Counted from the first letter of the whole stretch, positions 12,501-25,252 are shown. The stretch: 58,836 nt of DNA, filler included, from Dirinaria sp. TL-2023a (GCA_051941275.1; 3 parts of 3 records of this genome joined end to end with filler, not necessarily neighbours in it), one strand, 5' to 3'. Made by a program: numbers and translations. Notes: a model not told the origin generated them from the sequence alone.

Positions 12501-14871
12501 GAGGTCGACTAGCCTGTTTGGTCCCAGGAGGTCGGAATACTTGGTAGCAACCTGAACGACTGCTTGCAGGTTCTGGCGAATGTTAACTTTTAGCATTTCA
12601 TTGAGACAATCGAGTGACTGTTCCAGGGACATGCGTCCGAAGTAGCCGATCAACCATTCCGGGTTTAGTTTGTCTGTCCTGACAATGTTGCGCTTGATAG
12701 CACCCGGATCCTCGGAATTCTCCAAAGCTCGTTGATACAACTGAGCATTTTCACACAACTGAGCAATGCGTGCCTTATCGTAATAGGAGAACATGTTGTT
12801 GCCCAGAATAGCGTCAGCAACTTGAGGAGCATTGACCAGATTCATTTCGAGCAGACGTGTCTGTAAATGGCTGTGCTCAGGTTTGTTTTCTTTCAATGCA
12901 TCCAGAAGGAATGCAGTAGCCTCTTGTACCATATTCTGTGACTGGAAGACATCGACCACTCGCTCGATGTCAACCAACGGGCCACCTTCTTCATTAGCAA
13001 GAGCTGTAGCAAACTCAGCACCCTTTCCAGGATTGACCCGGACAATGTGCTGCAATAGCTGCGCAAAATCTGGCTGATACCCACTCTGCTTCGCATAGGG
13101 TAAGATCTTTTCGAATTGACCTGTTTCAGCAAAACCAGCAACAACTTTGTGGGGAATGTTCGCGCGCAAGTATATCGTCAACGCCAGCTGCACATCGGTC
13201 ACCCTGACGAGGTCGCCCAATTCTTCGGAGCACTCAAGCTTGTTCTCGCTCAGCCACTTCTCTAGTAGATGCTTCCGGTTTTGTGCTATAACAGGCCTCA
13301 CAAGCTCGATACTTTCGACCCGATTGAGCGGACCTTTGTCTAACAATATGCCGAAATACTGCAGGATTGTCGACAATTGGCCTTGCTGTTGAGGTACTTG
13401 TCTGAAGCGCTCGATCGTCTGTGGTGTACGGAGGAAGCCTCGCGGAGAGTTGGCAGCGATTGTTGCAGCCTGTTCATAGTTGCCTTGAGCACACAGCTGC
13501 TCGAACTGCTGTTGATACAAGCTGTCTGCACCAGCAAGGCCTGCTCTGGATGCAAGCTTAAGCGCAAGGGGGCCATTCGCCGGGTTCTGTAAGAGGTACG
13601 GAATGATCTTGTAATCATCCACGCTGACCGAAAGTACCTGTCCCTTGCGATTAACGCCCACGATACCAGCTGAGTCTGAGTCGGCAGCAGTTGTGAATAT
13701 AGTCTCACTCGAGATACGATTCATGAAGATGCAGGTAGCGGTCTCCAGATCGTAAAGATGGATGAACCCGTACTTGGTTACGAGATAGATGATGCTGTAT
13801 CGTTGGGACACCTGCATTGCCACAGGGAAGTCGTTGGTAGCTTCTGGCGGGAAATAGACATCAACAGCTTTCTTAGAAAAAACCGGATTTGATGCCTGAT
13901 GGTCAATCTCAACAACGTGTAGCTTTGCTCCGGCTGCTGTGCGAACGGCAAAAGTGAAAAGGCGAGTATCCTGAGGGGCTTTATCAAGGCGGATTGTCCC
14001 AAATGCAGCTGCGTGGGCTTCGATAGCTTGACTGATACCACGTTCACGGGAGTAGAGTTGCATCGCACCGACTACGCGCCCCTGCTGTTGGGAGATGCCA
14101 ACGGCTACCATCCATCGGTCATCCTCATTTACGCGATAATTGATGATCTGGCATCCCTAAATTACGCTGATGTCAGTAGAACATCCCTCTAAATGGCATG
14201 ATTTCATACTGAGAGATTGGTATTGCGGTCAAAGACTTTGGCAGGCGATGTTGCATTGCCAAAAGCACTCCAATGGTAGACGGAGGTCTCTGTAATCAGG
14301 CCTAATGTTTCCGGACTGATCCATTTCCAAAACACCACGTCTTCATTCATCGTAGCTGATTGTAATTTGACCTTCTGTCCCAGGTCGAAGATTTGTAGTG
14401 TCCGTTGATTGGCTTTGAGTGCGATAACTTGTTTTGTCCAGTGCATGAGTGCACTATCCGCCTTGATTGGTCTCCGTACGACCTCATTGTTATTCTTGAG
14501 GTTGATGATAATGACTTCGGGATTGGCATCTTCGCTGAGCTTTTGGCGGACACAGATGTAGTAGTCTGATTCCAAGGTCTGGCGGCGCGTTAGTAAAGAC
14601 GACCTTTTTAGTGATGATAGATGAACTCACACAAGAGTTGAACCCTATAGAAGATTGCTTGAGTGTTGTTAGCAGATGTGACGGAGGCGTTGAAGCAGCA
14701 GCCAAACTGTGGGGGCCAGGTCAAGAACAGACGTACTTCAATTCCGGCTTGGGTCAACTAAAGGAAGCAGGTCAGCTCGAGGGCGCCACACGAGTATCAA
14801 ATGCATCATTAGAGTCGACTTACCTGTAGAAGCTCTGTAAAGCGTATGGGCAACGATGCGTCTTGTGCCAT
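9535..14871 (-). CDS. CHC1: Clathrin heavy chain, multi-exon
   Basis: MAQDASLPIRFTELLQ start, short exons LTQAGIE (14737-14757) and QSSIGFNSC (14631-14657), TLESDYYICVRQK...RRPIKADSA, 1400-aa CHCR-repeat exon, final exon ...ELSWRHGLTDFTMPF...QPTGYRGF*. Confidence 0.97.
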
Positions 14872-15143
14872 TATCGTGGCGCTGAGTTGATGACGCTCAT
14901 CCACCAAACTCCACGCTCCTGCGAATTACAAAAAGGAGTAAGGAATGCAATCGCCGATGTAGACAGCGAAGCCTCTAAGTGGGGTGAGTTTCGAAGTGTA
15001 GAAGCAGAGAGTAAAAGGTGAATCAATTGATGATCTGTTGATTGGTGTCAAAAGCTCCTGAAATTCCAAGGGCCCGGCTTGTCGGTCCGAAAGGTCTGTC
15101 GCTTCAGTAATAATAGTACCGTAAAATTTAAATTGAGCCCAAC

Positions 15144-15194
15144 GGGCTTGGCGGGCTTGGCAGGGCTCGGCGGGTTTGGCAGGGAGGCTCGGGG
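15144..15194 (+). repeat. G-rich 9-10 bp tandem repeat, potential G-quadruplex
   Basis: GGGCTTGGC GGGCTTGGCA GGGCTCGGC GGGTTTGGCA GGGAGGCTC GGGG: six G3+ runs with loops of 6-7 nt. Confidence 0.6.
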
Positions 15195-15716
15195 ACGAGG
15201 TTCGAATATTTTTCACCAGTCCTACCGCCCAATACTTCCATGGAATAAATGCCACACACGCGAATATTCAACACTGCAACACTTTCCGGCGGTAGTAGAT
15301 ACTTGGTACCTTATTCGATGTCAGACACCGAGGTAACTTGAACCTAATCGGGCATTTGCCTTCGTTTGACTGCGTTTGATTGGGAGTCAGAGAGCGGTGG
15401 AGGTCTTTGAGACTTGTGAGATTTTCAATCAAGGCAGCAGAATCAAACATACTCTATACCTATGTAAAGCCCTATCAACGTAGCCCCTTCTTGCAGGCAA
15501 AGACGCAACAGTTTTATGATCATTCATCGCTGACCGTAGACCACATCTTACGTTCTTCCATTCATGTCAAGAGTGACAGCTTGGGCAGAAGTCCAGACGC
15601 CGAGCGCTAATGCTAAGTGATCTGCCTAGGATGGATCGTTTCGTACTGCTGCGAAGGGAACACCGTTGCTCAGCAAGCCACCAAACCCTTCAACAGATCT
15701 GCAGAAATTGGAACAA

Positions 15717-17377
15717 TCAGTCGAGACTTGGCTCGAGTGTGTTTCCGCTATCAAAACCGTTAGCACTCGAAGACGTCCGTCTAAATTCGGGTACTTACGC
15801 TACTATATTCGCCCATCCGATCAACCGCCAATGCTTGTCAATTTTCCTACTCAGTGCGATTTTTTCTCCGATTTGGGTGCACGCTGGGCTAGTCAAGCTC
15901 AATTTGGCTGCGTCCGCTTTTACCCCCATCACTTTAGCGCCTGTAGCTGTGGAACCGATATTGACCATAAGGACCTCATTCTTCGCTAATTTAGCCACTT
16001 TGGCTTGCTTTCCGTCCGCAGTCTTGACACCCAGCAGACGACGGAGGAGGAAAAAATTGACTTCGAGCTCGGTGTAGATATCCGGAAGCCGTCCCTTCAA
16101 CCCGAGGACAAAACCAAGAAGACGGTCCGCGCGACAGAGCGTTGGATCAACTCTGGTCCCGACACCAATGAGGCCTCCCGGAACCGCAAACTTGAGGTCG
16201 TTGTGCTCTGCGAAGAGTGAAACAACCCTGCTAAAGATTGGCCTGCACTTAATCTTGCCTTGCTCATCTTTGGTAACCAGGCCGGGTCGGATTTCGATTT
16301 CGTCGCCAAGTTTGAGAACACCGGTCAGAATGCTGCCTCCTGCAACACCACCCTTCAGGTCCTCGATTTCCGCTCCCGGTTTGTTCACGTCAAACGAGCG
16401 AATGATGATCATGTGAGGTGCAGCACCAAAATCTCGGACGGGTACGGGGATTTTGGTGACTAGGTACTCATTGATCGCGTCAATGTTATACCTCAGCTGC
16501 GCCGATATCGGTATTATGGGTGACCCGTCTGCTACACTTCCTCGAATAAAATTCAGGATTGACTGGTAATGCTGCTCTGCTCCGTCCTCACGCATTAGAT
16601 CCACTTTGTTCTGTAATATTATAATATGCTTGAGCTTCATTATCTCAATTGCTGCCAGATGCTCGGATGTTTGCGGCTGCGGGCAAGTTTCATTTCCAGC
16701 TATGAGTAGTAATGCAGCATCCATGACGGCGGCACCCGACAGCATGGTACTCATGAGGATGTCGTGTCCAGGGCAGTCCACAAAGCTTTCATAAATCGAG
16801 TCAACGTACAGCTCCTGAGGGGACAGACGAAGACTTACGAAACATGCCTCAGAAGTTGGTAACGGCCCTCACAACCCTCTCGCTCGCATGGCGGATCCAC
16901 CTCCTTCTCGCTCTTGAAACTTCGATAGCATGTGGGCCTTGGGCATTCTTCATTATTGCATTTGTAGACTTTTGCATTCGCATAGCCAAGTTTTATGGTA
17001 ATGTTCCTCTCCAATTCGTTTTTAAACCGTACAGTCTGAACTCCCGATATGGCTTTGACTACAGTAGACTTGCCATGCGCCACATGGCCAATTGTGCCAA
17101 TATTTATCGTCGCTTGCCTCGCAATGATCTCGGGTGTTAAGGGCGTCAACGAGGATGTGTCTAAATCTTTGGGATCTGGTTGCTCTGGAAGATCAGGCCG
17201 CTTGACCTCCGGTACAGGATCTGGCATCGGTGCTTTCTTTAAAGCGGATTTGAGAGGCTTTTCGAGAGGCTCCTCGTCCTCTTCGATGTCTTCAGCTTCG
17301 GGTCCATTGGCCGCATCGAAAGTGGGAGAGCCCGGGATGGACTCCTCGTCCGACGGCATGTCGCCGTTTGTAGCCAT
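15717..17377 (-). CDS. GCD11: Translation initiation factor eIF2 gamma subunit, 3 exons
   Basis: [23 protein letters not shown] and QNKVD GTPase motifs. Intron 16786-16838 and a last intron after WANIVA giving the terminal exon GNTLEPSLD*. Confidence 0.96.
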
Positions 17378-17796
17378 TTTTGGACACCCTTTGCACCTTT
17401 CCTACGCCGATCGAATCTTTGGTAAACGATTTTGCTCTCCTGCAGCCTTGGACACAACGATGGGCTTTCCGCGAATCGGGCGTGATGTGTGCTTCTCTTG
17501 GAGAAATCTACTGGAATTGCGCAGCTGAAATATGAGAATGTTTCGTTGTATGGCGTATTCCGCAAGCCTCAATTACTCGTCCAAGGGAGCGTGTGCCAAA
17601 TGAGAAGCCAGACCTCCTATCACGATGAGTCAGGAAGTTTGTTGGTAAGTACTTAGTAGTAGTGCGGGCAGCAAAAAGTTCCATTATTGCAATCCAGATG
17701 CGCTGCGCCCAAAATTACCGCTAGCGCTGCCGAATACGCCCAAATTTACCAGCACTTTCACTTCTGTGGAGGGCAGGCAATATTTAAACGCAAAGC

Positions 17797-19331
17797 ATGC
17801 CCACACTACAGATCATCGTGGGTACATACGAAAAAATCCTGCATGGTGTAACAGCGACTCTCTCCCGCGAGCATGAGCGCGACGACCATCATCGTCAATC
17901 CGGGAGGCAACCTCCGAGTGTTGAATTCGCAGATACTTTCTTGCTCAATGCCCATAACTCAGCTATCCGCTGTCTCGCGATCTCTCCCCTCCCCGCGTCT
18001 GTGAATCCTTCAGAGCATCAAAAAGTAATACTAGCTAGCGGGAGCTCTGATGAGCGTGTCAACTTGTTTCTGATTTCAGCTTCGCCGCCTGAGCTACAAA
18101 GGCAACCAGCCTCTACGATTCCTTCCACCGTGAGCAAAAATGCCAATGAGAATCACAGGAATCGCGAGTTGGGTTCCCTACTCCATCACAGCTCAAGTAT
18201 CAATGCATTATACTTTCCTAATCGTTCGAAGCTCTTGTCTGCCGCGGATGACAATACCTTAGCCGTAATCCGAACCCGAGACTGGACTGTCTTATCGAGT
18301 ATCAAGGCCCCCATTCCCAAAGCTCACGGACGCCCGAGTGGGGATACTGCACCGCCTGGCGGATATCCTGCTGGAGTCAATGATTTCGCCGTGCATCCCA
18401 GCATGAAACTCATGGTCAGTGTGGGAAAGGGGGAGAAATGTATGCGATTGTGGAACCTGGTCACTGGTAAGAAAGCAGGCGTCTTGAACTTTGAGAAAAC
18501 CCTACTTGAAAGTGTAGGTGAAAGAGGCTGGAGAAGCGGAGAAGGGAGGAAAGTCGAGTGGAATCGACGGGGCGAAGAATTTGTGGTAGCTTTTGAAAGA
18601 GGCGCTGTGGTGTTTGGTTTGGTGCGCCGGCTTGAAGCTGTGATTTCAGTTCTATATAGGAAGCTGATGGACATATCCAGGACTCTAAGCCAAAGGCGCT
18701 CATAGTGCCCGATCCTCAAACGAAAATCCACCAAGTTCGTTATGCGGCATTTCCAAAAACTCAGGCGGCGGCCATCGAGCTGTTGGCGATGTCCACCGAG
18801 GATGGACGTGTTCTATTCTACTCAACCGCCGAGGTCGTCGAAGGAGTGGAAGACCAGGGACTGACGGCTTTTGCTGGAGTGCCAGTGCCCACCCTCCAAG
18901 CAATCGGTCAATTGGGAGGCGCGGGGCAAGGTCAGGGAAGCAGGATGAAAGATTTCGAAATATTGATCCTGCCTTATGTGCAAGCGTCTGTGAGGAGTGC
19001 TCTGCTTGTGTCGGGCAGCAGCGATGGCTGGATCCGAATCTGGAGGCTCAACACAGCAATTCTCTGCGAGCCCCAGGTCAGGAAGGGTTCATCCACTATC
19101 AACAAAAGCGAGCGATCATTGCCGTCAAAAGGCGCCGCAAGGGGGAATGGGGAAGTAACACCCATTATTGGGGATCTTGTGGGTAGCTATGATACTGGCA
19201 GCAGGATCACCTGTCTCAAAGCTTTCGTCATGCTAGATCGTGTCGAAAGTCCGAAGGGAGATGAGGACACCGGCGATTCATTCGGAGAGCAGTTCGTAGA
19301 TGATACGCAACACGGTCACATGAGCATCTGA
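17797..19331 (+). CDS. MAK11: WD40 60S biogenesis protein Mak11-like, one intron (about 18622-18680)
   Basis: LQIIVGTYEKILHG N-terminus, AHNSAIRCLA, LASGSSDE, VNDFAVHPSMKLMVSVG, RLWNLVTGKKA, RMKDF, RITCL. Confidence 0.88.
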
Positions 19332-19564
19332 ACCATGGAATCTCCCCAAGAAAGGTTTGATTGAATTACCTGGGGAACTGGGTGTGCATTGATATTCTTA
19401 TGCTACCTCTATGCAAGGATACAACTCCGAAACTTTTTATGAAAACGAAATGTATACTTTAACGCGCAAATAGGTGGGTACCTTCCATAGTACCCAGGCT
19501 CGCTAGGTAGGTAGGTAGAGTACTGTAAGGTATAGTATGTAAGTAGGTAAAGTAAGGTATGGAC

Positions 19565-19664
19565 NNNNNNNNNNNNNNNNNNNNNNNNNNNNNNNNNNNN
19601 NNNNNNNNTTAATTAATTAANNNNNNNNNNNNNNNNNNNNNNNNNNNNNNNNNNNNNNNNNNNN
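19565..19664. other. Assembly gap with artificial linker
   Basis: N44-TTAATTAATTAA-N44, a palindromic linker giving stops in all frames. Confidence 0.97.
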
Positions 19665-21013
19665 CAAAACGAGTCTTGAATATGATGAAAGAGACAGTGA
19701 TCCCTCATATGAAGCCGAAAATGCGTACAAAGGCAAAGATGCCGGTTGCAGCGACTGTGTCAGATTCCGGGAGGGCAGCTTGAATGAAAGAGAGTATCGT
19801 GGTCATTACGAAATCTAGTTTCGAGACTGCGACAAGCTGAAAGCACGCCCATGCCGCCTTGCTGAAGCTCGAATCAAGCAGCGAGAAAAGATCACAATCT
19901 ATAGCGATGGCAGCGAAATCAGTTCATTGAAGTGATCTTGTTCGTTCGAACTTGAAGAGAAGTATATCAGCGATAATAGCGAAGGGAGCTAGCATTACAC
20001 TAAAAGAGAGGATGTTGACGTCAGACGTCAGTGAGAAGACTTCAAGCACGATTTGAAAATAGATCGATAGAAAGTAGATCACTCATTCCAGTAGCATCGA
20101 AGAGATAAATGCTAGTATGAAATCGATCATCGAAGTTCGATTGACGAAGAACCGGGGAGACATACTAGATTTTTGACAAAACCTGAACGCTTGATGCCCA
20201 TGAAACAGCCCCCAGCTCAGAAACCCAAGCACAAGTGATAATATAATCCGCCCGAAGAACCAGAGATACGTAGTTCCTTCTAAAACCAAGTCGAGTATAA
20301 CAGCACAAAGAGAGGGGATGAAGGTCAAGTTTCCCAGGTAGTCGACGCGCGCAAGTGCTTTCGTGCAGGATGATTCTCTATCGTATTTGACTCGCAGGAA
20401 GAGAATAATCATCATTACCAACGCTGCACCTGAGATTGATAAATTGATGTAGAAGACCCAGCGCCAGGCTGCTTCGGCAAGACCGCCGCCGACTAAAAAT
20501 TCCAAAGTGGTTCCAATAGCTGCCGTTGACAGCATGAGGTCAAGGTATTTGCCGCGCTCTCGTAAAGACATCAGATCACAAGTGATTAGTTCGACCAAGC
20601 CAAAGATACCACCAGAGCCTAGACCTTGAACGATCCGACCAGCGATCATCATGGCAACGTTCTTTGATCTGCCCGCTATCCCGCTCCCAGCAGCAAACAG
20701 GGCGACGGAGATTATCATCGGCATACGACGGCCGAAAATGTTGGATACTTGACCAACTAACGGCTGCACCGCAGTCGACGAAAGAGTTGGCAATTCACAC
20801 ATACTGCCGCTGTCCTCCTACAACCCTCGTGATGGAGGGGAGAGCTGTCGTGACTATAGTTGAATCCAGAGCCGATGCGAATGAGACCAAATACAAGATG
20901 AGATAAACGAGCCAGAATCGCCAACTGTGTTTGTCCTTTTGGTGCTGACCTGAATGAGTATCGACTGCTTCACCACTAGAGGATTTATCGTTTGATGGAC
21001 TTGTGTCAGCCAT
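19665..21013 (-). pseudogene. MFS drug:H+ antiporter (14-TMS type) pseudogene with RIP-like damage, truncated at the gap
   Basis: SALDSTIVTTALPSI, GQVSNIFGRR, GRIVQGLGSGG, LRERGKY, WRWVFYINL motifs. Trp->TGA stops at 20795-20797 and 20083-20085, a frameshift just after YV*IANSF, and many P->S and G->E/D changes. Confidence 0.9.
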
Positions 21014-21477
21014 TTTCAGTATAATGACAGCAAAAGATCAGAGTAGAAGAAGCACTCAAATGCTGAGCTGACGAAACACCAATGATGGTCAAAAGCTCTC
21101 TATTATTTGAACAGAGTCGAATGGGGGAGTGAGGCTCCATCTACGCCAAGACGAAGACCCGAACTCCCAAGGTTGAAAATCATTTTGACTTAATCAGCTA
21201 TGCAACATTCACATCAAGAGAAAATACAAAGATAGAAGATCGGTCCATGCACTTGGAAAGTGACATGTTCATGCCTTTATGCGAGAGTGCACAGACATTA
21301 TTGGAAGCATGAGGTGGCTTTTGATTCTACTTGATAGGGTTAGTTTGGGTTAATCGGATTCCTACCCATCCTTCAACATGAAGACTCGCCCAGCATATCT
21401 CCGCCATGATTTGACAGCTGCCTTATTTTGCAAATTTTGGATCTCATCGCCCTGTCCAAAACGCTTCGCGTGAAGTC

Positions 21478-22544
21478 TCAGAACATTGGTTTGTGCCCCA
21501 GTGCCTCCGCCTGTAGCTGAGCCGCAACGCCGGCACCAGCTGCAGCCCCGGTGAACAACGCGTTCGATGCGATCTTGAGCGGGGAGCTCGTGTCGCCGGC
21601 GGTGAAAACGCCGAGGAGACTAGTCTGGTAAAAGGGCGGAGTCACTTTCAGGTCTCCCTGCGGCGTCAGCTCCAGACCAAGCTGCTGTGCGAACGTCCCG
21701 CTAAGCTGGCACTTGGGTTTGTGCGCGAGGAAACTTTCGACGGCGTGGGTGCCATCGGAGAAGTGCAGGATGACTTGGGCTCGGTGAGACCCCTTTTCCA
21801 GGCGGGCGATGGGGCGAGAATCGACCTTGATCTTCGATTCCGGACCGAGAGCGGTGACGAGGGAATCGCGCAGGGCCTCGTAGCCGTCCGTGTAAATGGT
21901 GACCCAGTTCGGGGTGAGCTGGAGCGCGTTGCGGGCAAAGTGCATCGCGGGTGCGTCGTTGGCCAGATCACCCACGGCTAGAACGCCGGAGGAAGGGCTG
22001 TCTCTCTCTTCGTACCCGTGACAGAAGAGACAATGGAATCTAGTCGTATGGGGGAAAAAAAAAACCAAGCAGTCAGCCACGGTCGTGAAACGGAGTATGC
22101 CCCCCCGGGTACGATGGACGAGATGTCTTCTCCTACTCACATCCCACTACCCCAGCAGTCGTCATAGCCTTCGATATCGGGATAGATGTCCAGCACTCCA
22201 GTCGCCAGGATGAGCTTCTTGGCTACCCATTGCTGACCATCTTCGTCCGTAGCATGGAAGACACCGTCATCCGTCTTCTGGACCTTGTCCACCGCGCGGT
22301 CGTGGAACTGGATGGTTTGATACCCGGACTTAATATTCTCTTTGGCAGCGGCTCGGAAATCGTTCGGATTCTTATGATCCCAGGTGAGCACAGTGTGGAC
22401 GTGGCTAGCGGCACTGTTGCGGTAGTGGCCGGAGTCGAAGACGACTGCGGTATGACGCTGACGCGCTAAGGTGAGCGCGGCCGTTAAGCCCGCTGGCCCG
22501 CCGCCAATGATGAGAGCGTCGAAGGGGGGTTGAGCGTATTCCAT
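21478..22544 (-). CDS. FAD-dependent thioredoxin-reductase-like dithiol oxidase, GliT-like, one intron
   Basis: DALIIGGGPAGL, LILATGV, spliced G-IFHCLFCHGYE (CXXC) and GVFTAGD. Frame intact. Confidence 0.88.
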
Positions 22545-23401
22545 GATTCTGACGATGGATAGCCAAGTAAACTCAGTCGTGTCAATGACTCGAAATCCTC
22601 CAACGCTGTTGCAGCTGTGCGATAGCAGTGACCGGTTGGGGAGGTAAGTAGTCCTCCGAGGCCGATGAGGCTACCGTGTTGCATTCATAGGCTGTTGCAG
22701 CAAGTGTGCTTGAGTCTCTCCGCTCCCTCCTTCTACCTTAGATTAGCGCTCGATCGCACATCTGCTCTGTCTCCTCTAGTTTGCCTTGAATTGCATAAAA
22801 GAGGCTGAGGTTGTTTGACCATGTGAATAGTCGAAGTGTACTTAGGTCCCTGTGCTTCCCCACGCCCGGCCAGTACTCGCAAAAGTATCTGTAGTGTGAT
22901 ATCCACCACGTTGACAACCAAAGTTAGCCATTTGAAGTAAGAATGCAAAAGTTATGGAACTTTATGCATCCAAATTTATGTTTATAGCAAGCCTCACCCA
23001 AAGTGTCCGGGTTTTTTTGCAACCCACGAGCTACCTAAGGTAAGATTACATAATCAACCCTTGGATGGAGTGCCAAGCCATCTCCGCCGCCAGACGTGGC
23101 CAACACCAATGCGGTTTTTGTCAGTCGGATCGGCCCATCGTTCTGGCTTTGCCAGTTGCCCTGCATCAATATTACCCATTACCAAGTATTGCCCCTTTCC
23201 CTTCTCGTTCTTGCGCTTACCTAACTTAATGGAACAACGCGTACTCGTACCTTTACTTTTTCTTACGCCAGCTCGAGAGGCCACCCTTTTCATGGATTGG
23301 CCATGACCTGATGCTACTTCGCCCATAGCTATGCTATACCCACCTTCACCTTAGAACTCATCAACTCTTTCCTCTCGTCCAATCTTCTATTACCTCCTAC
23401 C

Positions 23402-25252
23402 ATGTTTCTTCCCCGGTTCCAGACCAAGCTTCTTGCCCTAGCCATCATCGTTGGTCTCCTTTATCTACTCACAACGCAGGGGGTAACACCTCGAACGCCA
23501 GCTACTTTTTCCTATCCATTCTCACACCACAATGCCACTTCGGATCCCTCGCCGCCCCTCGTTCCTGCTACCCCCAGCGGTGACGAGAAAGAAGCGACGG
23601 AACCCGAATCCAAACCTCAGCCTCTTAGCCCACCAAAGGCACCCAATACTCCTGTACAGCAGGATAGCCGGCCTAAAGAATCGAATGAAGCCAAAGGTTC
23701 ACAGACGGCCGTCCCAAGTACCAAAATCCAAGCACCTCAGTACACTCCCCTGCCGATCGAACCAGGAATCCCCAAAGCAACCTCAAGGCCCGACACCACT
23801 AAAGCCGCTCATGTCATGAATCAGACTTCCAAAGCCAACACTACAGAGGGACAAATCGATTTTTGGAAAGAGTTCGCGCCTCTGCTGGCGTCTGCTGTTC
23901 CGGATTGCCCTCCGCCAGAGCGATTGGGGAAGGCCGAAGCCCAACCATTCAATTATAAGCCTACCGAGCGATACGATGTCCTCTCCATGCCGGATGATGA
24001 CATAGCAAAGATGAAGGCGGCTCATGAGAAGTTCCTAGCAGGTCTTCATGGCAAGCCTGCTGAGCTGATTTATACACCTGGAACCAGAGGTCTCGTCACA
24101 ACCGCAGGCGGCTCGTACCTTCCCGTCTTTGCCGTGTCATTACGGATGCTCCGGCGAACGGGAACGACACTTCCCATGGAGGTTTTTCTTGCCGATCAGA
24201 AGGAGTACGAGAGCTATATCTGTGACCATGTTTTCCCGAAGCTAAATGCCAGATGTGTTGTTCTGTCCGATATTCTGGACGCTGCCCCGCACGCAGTCTC
24301 TATTTCGCATTACCAGTATAAAGTTTTTGCGATGATATTTTCCTCTTTCGAAGAGGTGTTATTCCTTGACTCCGATGCATTCGCACTACACGATTCGGAC
24401 CAACTTTTCACTTCCGAGCCCTTCACTAATCATGGATTAGTAACCTGGCCTGACTACTGGGCTTCTTCAGCTTCTCCAATGTACTACAAGATCGCTGGGC
24501 AGCCGGTTCCACCATTGTCGATTCGTCAATCTACTGAGTCGGGTGAGTTGCTTCTCAACAAGAACACCCACACCAAATCATTACTGCTGGCAACCTACTA
24601 CAATTATTATGGCAGCCACTATTATACCCTGTTTTCGCAAGGCGCGGCCGGAGAAGGCGACAAGGAGACATTCATCGCGGCAGCATACGCGTTGAATGAG
24701 ACATTCTACCAGGTAGCAGAACCGGTCAAGGCGATCGGTCATGCAACAAGCAAGGGTTGGCACGGTTCGGCCATGGTTCAGTATGATCCCATGGAAGACT
24801 ACAATCTAACCCAGCATGACATCTGGCACAATAGGGACAAAGATGCCGGAGGAGCATCCCCACCACGACCGTTCTTCCTCCATGTGAACGTCCCGAGACT
24901 GAACCCTGCCAAGGTTTTTGATCATGAAGAGCACACTACGAACATTAAGGGCGAGCCACAGCACCTATGGCAGGGCGATACTATCCATGCACTGTTTGGT
25001 GGCGACGTCGAAAAACAGGTGTGGGAGGAGGTGAAGTGGGTCAGCTGCGAGCTCGAAAATAAATTCGAAACCTGGAAGGACGTAAAAGGATTGTGCGATA
25101 AAGCTACCAAGTATTTGCAAGGCGCGTTTGGAAGCTCAGGAGAACAATCTAAGGAGCCGGAGAAGCCCCTTGCCAAGCCTGCGCAAGAGGCCAGCAAAAC
25201 GAAAGAGGAAGCACCGCATCCCTTCGGAGCCTCAAGCGAGAAGTCCACGTAG
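23402..25252 (+). CDS. Alpha-1,2-mannosyltransferase, MNN2-like (GT71), type II membrane protein
   Basis: N-terminal TM and Pro/Thr stem, RGLVTTAGG, LRMLRRTGTTLPMEVF, FEEVLFLDSD (DXD), WPDYW, ESGELL, QGAAGEGDKETF. Confidence 0.9.
   Translation: MFLPRFQTKLLALAIIVGLLYLLTTQGVTPRTPATFSYPFSHHNATSDPSPPLVPATPSGDEKEATEPESKPQPLSPPKAPNTPVQQDSRPKESNEAKGSQTAVPSTKIQAPQYTPLPIEPGIPKATSRPDTTKAAHVMNQTSKANTTEGQIDFWKEFAPLLASAVPDCPPPERLGKAEAQPFNYKPTERYDVLSMPDDDIAKMKAAHEKFLAGLHGKPAELIYTPGTRGLVTTAGGSYLPVFAVSLRMLRRTGTTLPMEVFLADQKEYESYICDHVFPKLNARCVVLSDILDAAPHAVSISHYQYKVFAMIFSSFEEVLFLDSDAFALHDSDQLFTSEPFTNHGLVTWPDYWASSASPMYYKIAGQPVPPLSIRQSTESGELLLNKNTHTKSLLLATYYNYYGSHYYTLFSQGAAGEGDKETFIAAAYALNETFYQVAEPVKAIGHATSKGWHGSAMVQYDPMEDYNLTQHDIWHNRDKDAGGASPPRPFFLHVNVPRLNPAKVFDHEEHTTNIKGEPQHLWQGDTIHALFGGDVEKQVWEEVKWVSCELENKFETWKDVKGLCDKATKYLQGAFGSSGEQSKEPEKPLAKPAQEASKTKEEAPHPFGASSEKST

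Noticed and set aside
19609..19620. TTAATTAATTAA palindrome, repeated at 39253-39264
   Set aside because: Centred in identical N runs, so it is a synthetic scaffold linker. Adjacency of the contigs is therefore not proven.
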